From: a virus
Lineage: Duplodnaviria > Caudoviricetes
Reading direction: 5' to 3' (one strand)
IMG/VR virus record: IMGVR_UViG_2927713021_000002
Span: 3,647-67,646 of that record
DNA: 64,000 nt
Position numbers and translations under genes: made by a program. The notes beneath the pieces were generated by a model. The model was not told the DNA's origin, searched no databases, and saw nothing but the letters and a program-made list of their open reading frames with translations. This document shows positions 60,605-64,000 of this stretch, in pieces. Position 1 is the stretch's first letter. Each line of letters begins with the position of its first letter.

Positions 60605-61237
60605 TCAGACGGGAATCAGTACGTCCTGGTTCCCTAGATATGCTTCTTGAAGTCGGGCCAACCAATGACGATACGTTAGCCCGTCCTCCTCACAAATCAA
60701 GCTTTCGGCCGGCGCATCTCTTTCTTTACCGTCGAGCCCCTGCAACAGCAGCGCTCTGTGCACATCGTTAAACAGATCATCGAACAACTTGAACTGCTGC
60801 TCCAAGGGTTCCTTGAGCGGATGCCCAGGCTCAACCTCATCAGCGAAACAGATGTACTCACCCGCTTGAACCCTCCTAGGCCTGTGGTACATGACCACGC
60901 CAGGCTTCAGGGGAGGCAAAGATTGAACATTAGGCGTGCCTCTGACCATAAACCATAGCCAGATAGTAGCTGCTGCACTCATCACATAACGACCGAACGT
61001 GATTTCGACCATGCCTTTGGTCTCGTTCAGCGCCACAATCAGATCAATCATCGTGTTGACGCAACCGCCGCCATTGTGGCGAAGGTGTAGCTCAAAGCTA
61101 CTGCCAGCCTGTGCAGCGTGCAGTTGATCGATTACAGGCTGAACCGATGCCCGCGATATCTCGTTAGGAAGCTCCAGCCTAATTTTGACAGGAACCCTTA
61201 CGATTGCGTCCAGCTGATCATTTGCTGCAGCTTCCAA
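60605..61237 (-). CDS. ClpP/crotonase-like serine peptidase
   Basis: NGGG-28 aa-S(AAA) spacing as in ClpP GG...S; VMYHRP matches VMIHQP; candidate Asp in NQDVLI. Confidence 0.65.
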   Translation of the reverse strand: MEAAANDQLDAIVRVPVKIRLELPNEISRASVQPVIDQLHAAQAGSSFELHLRHNGGGCVNTMIDLIVALNETKGMVEITFGRYVMSAAATIWLWFMVRGTPNVQSLPPLKPGVVMYHRPRRVQAGEYICFADEVEPGHPLKEPLEQQFKLFDDLFNDVHRALLLQGLDGKERDAPAESLICEEDGLTYRHWLARLQEAYLGNQDVLIPV

Positions 61238-61423
61238 TGCTTTCGCCTACCAACCCTTGATTTGGACGCGAATAGTACATTGCCGCATGACCAGTGCCAA
61301 TATGCAATCACGTAGCTGATGAGCAATTCTTTGCCCCGCAAGCGGGGGAATCTTGGCAGAATACCCGCCTCAGTTTTAGACGAATCCCATATGTCTAATA
61401 GACAAGCAGCTGTAAGGCCTTGA

Positions 61424-64000
61424 ATGTCCAGCATTTCTGAACACACCCCAATGATGCAACAGTACTGGCGGCTGAAAAATCAGCACCCGGACCAGTTGAT
61501 GTTCTACCGCATGGGCGATTTCTACGAGATCTTCTACGAAGACGCGAAGAAAGCCGCCAAGCTGCTGGACATCACCTTGACCGCGCGCGGCCAGTCGGCC
61601 GGCCAGTCGATCCCGATGTGCGGGATACCGTTCCATTCGGCAGAGGGCTACCTGGCCAAGCTGGTCAAGCTCGGCGAGTCGGTGGTGATCTGCGAGCAGA
61701 TCGGTGATCCGGCCACCAGCAAGGGCCCGGTCGAGCGTCAGGTGGTGCGTATCATCACTCCTGGCACGGTGAGCGACGAGGCGCTGCTCGATGAGCGCCG
61801 CGACAACCTGATTGCCGCCGTGCTCGGCGATGAGCGGCTGTTCGGCTTGGCCGTGCTGGACATTACCAGCGGCAACTTCAGCGTGCAGGAAATCAAAGGC
61901 TGGGAAAATCTGCTGGCCGAGCTTGAGCGGATCAACCCGGTCGAGCTGCTGATCCCGGATGACTGGCCACGCGACCTGCCGGCTGAGAAGCGCCGCGGTT
62001 GCCGGCGCCGTGCCCCGTGGGACTTCGACCGCGATTCGGCGCGTAAGGGCCTGTGCCAGCAGTTCGCGACCAAGGACCTCAAGGGCTTTGGTTGCGACAA
62101 GCTGACCCTGGCGATCGGTGCCGCAGGCTGCCTGCTGACCTACGCCAAGGAAACCCAGCGCACCACCCTGCCGCACTTGCGCAGCCTGCGCCACGAGCGC
62201 ATGGACGACACGGTGATCCTCGATGGCGCCAGCCGGCGCAATCTGGAGCTGGACATCAACCTGGCCGGTGGCCGCGACAACACTCTGCAATCGGTCATCG
62301 ACCGTTGCCAGACCGCCATGGCCAGCCGCCTGCTGAGCCGTTGGCTGAACCGCCCGCTGCGCGACCAGAAGGTGCTGCAAGCGCGTCAGGAATCGATCCG
62401 CTGCCTGCTCGACGGCTATCGCTATGAAAAGCTGCAGCCGCAACTCAAAGAGATTGGCGACCTGGAGCGGATCCTGGCCCGGATCGGCCTGCGTAACGCC
62501 CGTCCGCGCGACCTGGCGCGACTGCGCGACGCCCTCGCCGCCCTGCCTGAGCTGCAAAATGCCATGGCAGACCTGGAGGCGCCGCACCTGGCCCGCCTGG
62601 CGGCCATCACCGGCACTTACCCGGAGCTGGCCAGCCTGCTCGAGCGAGCCATTATCGACAACCCGCCCGCAGTTATCCGCGACGGTGGTGTGCTCAAGAC
62701 CGGCTACGACAGCGAGCTCGACGAGTTGCTGGCCATGAGCGAAAACGCCGGCCAGTTCCTGATCGACCTGGAAGTGCGAGAAAAAGCCCGCACCGGCCTG
62801 CCCAACCTCAAGGTGGGCTACAACCGGGTGCATGGTTACTTCATCGAGCTGCCCAGCAAGCAGGCCGAACAAGCGCCTGCCGACTACATCCGTCGGCAGA
62901 CCCTCAAGGGCGCCGAGCGCTTCATCACGCCAGAACTGAAAGCCTTCGAAGACAAGGCGCTGTCGGCCAAGAGCCGGGCCCTGGCGCGCGAGAAGATGCT
63001 CTACGATGCGCTGCTGGAAAACTTGATCGGCCACCTTGCGCCGCTGCAGGACAGCGCCGCAGCACTGGCCGAGCTGGACGTGCTGAGCAACCTCGCCGAG
63101 CGCGCTCTGACCCTCGACCTGAACTGCCCAAGCTTTGTTGACGAGCCCTGCCTGCGGATCGAGCAAGGCCGCCACCCCGTGGTCGAGCAGGTGTTGACCA
63201 CGCCGTTCGTGGCCAACGACCTGGGCCTGGACGACAGCACGCGCATGCTGATCATCACCGGCCCGAACATGGGCGGTAAATCGACCTACATGCGCCAGAC
63301 CGCACTGATCGTGCTGATGGCGCACATTGGCAGTTTCGTCCCGGCGGCGCGCTGCGAGCTGTCGCTGGTCGACCGCATCTTCACCCGTATCGGCTCCAGT
63401 GATGATCTGGCCGGCGGCCGTTCGACCTTCATGGTCGAGATGAGCGAGACTGCCAACATCCTGCATAACGCGACCGACCGCAGCCTGGTGCTGATGGATG
63501 AAGTCGGCCGTGGCACCAGCACCTTCGACGGCCTGTCGCTGGCCTGGGCCGCCGCCGAGCGCCTGGCGCAACTGCGCGCCTATACCCTGTTCGCCACGCA
63601 TTACTTCGAATTGACGGTACTGCCCGAGAGCCAGCCGCTGGTGGCCAACGTGCATCTGAACGCCACCGAGCACAACGAACGCATTGTCTTCCTGCACCAC
63701 GTCCTGCCAGGCCCTGCCAGCCAGAGTTACGGCCTGGCGGTGGCGCAACTGGCCGGCGTACCCGGCCCGGTGATTCAACGTGCACGCGAGCACCTGAGCC
63801 GACTGGAAACTGCCAGCCTGCCTGGCGAGGCTGTAACCAGCCCAGGCAAAGCTGTGCATGACCCGCATGTCCCGCACCAGAGCGACCTGTTTGCCAGCCT
63901 GCCGCATCCTGCCATCGAAAAGTTGGGCAAGCTCGACCTGGATGACATGACCCCGCGTCAAGCTATCGAAATGCTATATCAACTGAAGAACCTGTTATAA
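61424..64000 (+). CDS. mutS: DNA mismatch repair protein MutS (first codons phage-derived)
   Basis: [37 protein letters not shown]; 858 aa, intact. Confidence 0.98.
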   Translation: MSSISEHTPMMQQYWRLKNQHPDQLMFYRMGDFYEIFYEDAKKAAKLLDITLTARGQSAGQSIPMCGIPFHSAEGYLAKLVKLGESVVICEQIGDPATSKGPVERQVVRIITPGTVSDEALLDERRDNLIAAVLGDERLFGLAVLDITSGNFSVQEIKGWENLLAELERINPVELLIPDDWPRDLPAEKRRGCRRRAPWDFDRDSARKGLCQQFATKDLKGFGCDKLTLAIGAAGCLLTYAKETQRTTLPHLRSLRHERMDDTVILDGASRRNLELDINLAGGRDNTLQSVIDRCQTAMASRLLSRWLNRPLRDQKVLQARQESIRCLLDGYRYEKLQPQLKEIGDLERILARIGLRNARPRDLARLRDALAALPELQNAMADLEAPHLARLAAITGTYPELASLLERAIIDNPPAVIRDGGVLKTGYDSELDELLAMSENAGQFLIDLEVREKARTGLPNLKVGYNRVHGYFIELPSKQAEQAPADYIRRQTLKGAERFITPELKAFEDKALSAKSRALAREKMLYDALLENLIGHLAPLQDSAAALAELDVLSNLAERALTLDLNCPSFVDEPCLRIEQGRHPVVEQVLTTPFVANDLGLDDSTRMLIITGPNMGGKSTYMRQTALIVLMAHIGSFVPAARCELSLVDRIFTRIGSSDDLAGGRSTFMVEMSETANILHNATDRSLVLMDEVGRGTSTFDGLSLAWAAAERLAQLRAYTLFATHYFELTVLPESQPLVANVHLNATEHNERIVFLHHVLPGPASQSYGLAVAQLAGVPGPVIQRAREHLSRLETASLPGEAVTSPGKAVHDPHVPHQSDLFASLPHPAIEKLGKLDLDDMTPRQAIEMLYQLKNLL
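61448..61464 (+). repeat. attR core CCAATGATGCAACAGTA
   Basis: Identical to 11146-11162. Confidence 0.92.

Larger units (their letters stand above)
11146..61464. mobile_element. Lambdoid siphovirus-type prophage, ~50.3 kb, integrated in the mutS 5' end
   Basis: Flanking att repeats; int/xis, cI/cro, O/P, nin, Q-like, terminase, head, non-contractile tail and lysis modules all present. Confidence 0.93.

Noticed and set aside
61376-63961. 861-aa minus-strand ORF
   Set aside because: Antisense shadow of mutS.
61424-64000. mutS as inactivated by the prophage
   Set aside because: The reading frame is complete with a start, an SD-like AAGG and all motifs; only its 5' control region is replaced.

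Overview
Pseudomonas chromosome (putida-like MutS sequence) around mutS. Left part (1-10945, minus strand): an R-type (P2-like contractile) tailocin locus with PrtR-like repressor, structured leader, holin, baseplate, fiber, sheath, tube and a tape measure that runs off the window. Middle (11146-61464): an apparently complete ~50 kb lambdoid siphophage prophage integrated inside the first codons of mutS at a 17-bp core, CCAATGATGCAACAGTA. The original mutS start (MSDLSAHTPMMQQ*) is stranded at attL, and the phage supplies a substitute ribosome-binding site and N-terminus (MSSISEHT...) that rebuilds a full-length mutS (61424-64000). Most notable observations: (1) the portal carries a C-terminal 2H-phosphoesterase closely resembling anti-CBASS Acb1, joined by a linker with the same hydrophobic-x-Asp-(Ala/Ser) motif found at the N-termini of the head proteins, which suggests a protease-released and possibly virion-borne anti-defence enzyme; (2) the phage re-heads mutS and carries a LexA-boxed, pre-cleaved UmuD'-like gene at the other att end; (3) an orphan ClpP-like protease plus a small partner sits between int and attR; (4) a Sel1 + O-acetyltransferase moron lies tail-to-tail with the tailspike; (5) several structured RNA candidates occur (pseudoknot after pL, C4-like cloverleaf, repeated RNase III-like hairpins, tailocin leader). 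All family assignments come from motifs recognised by eye; no database search was run.
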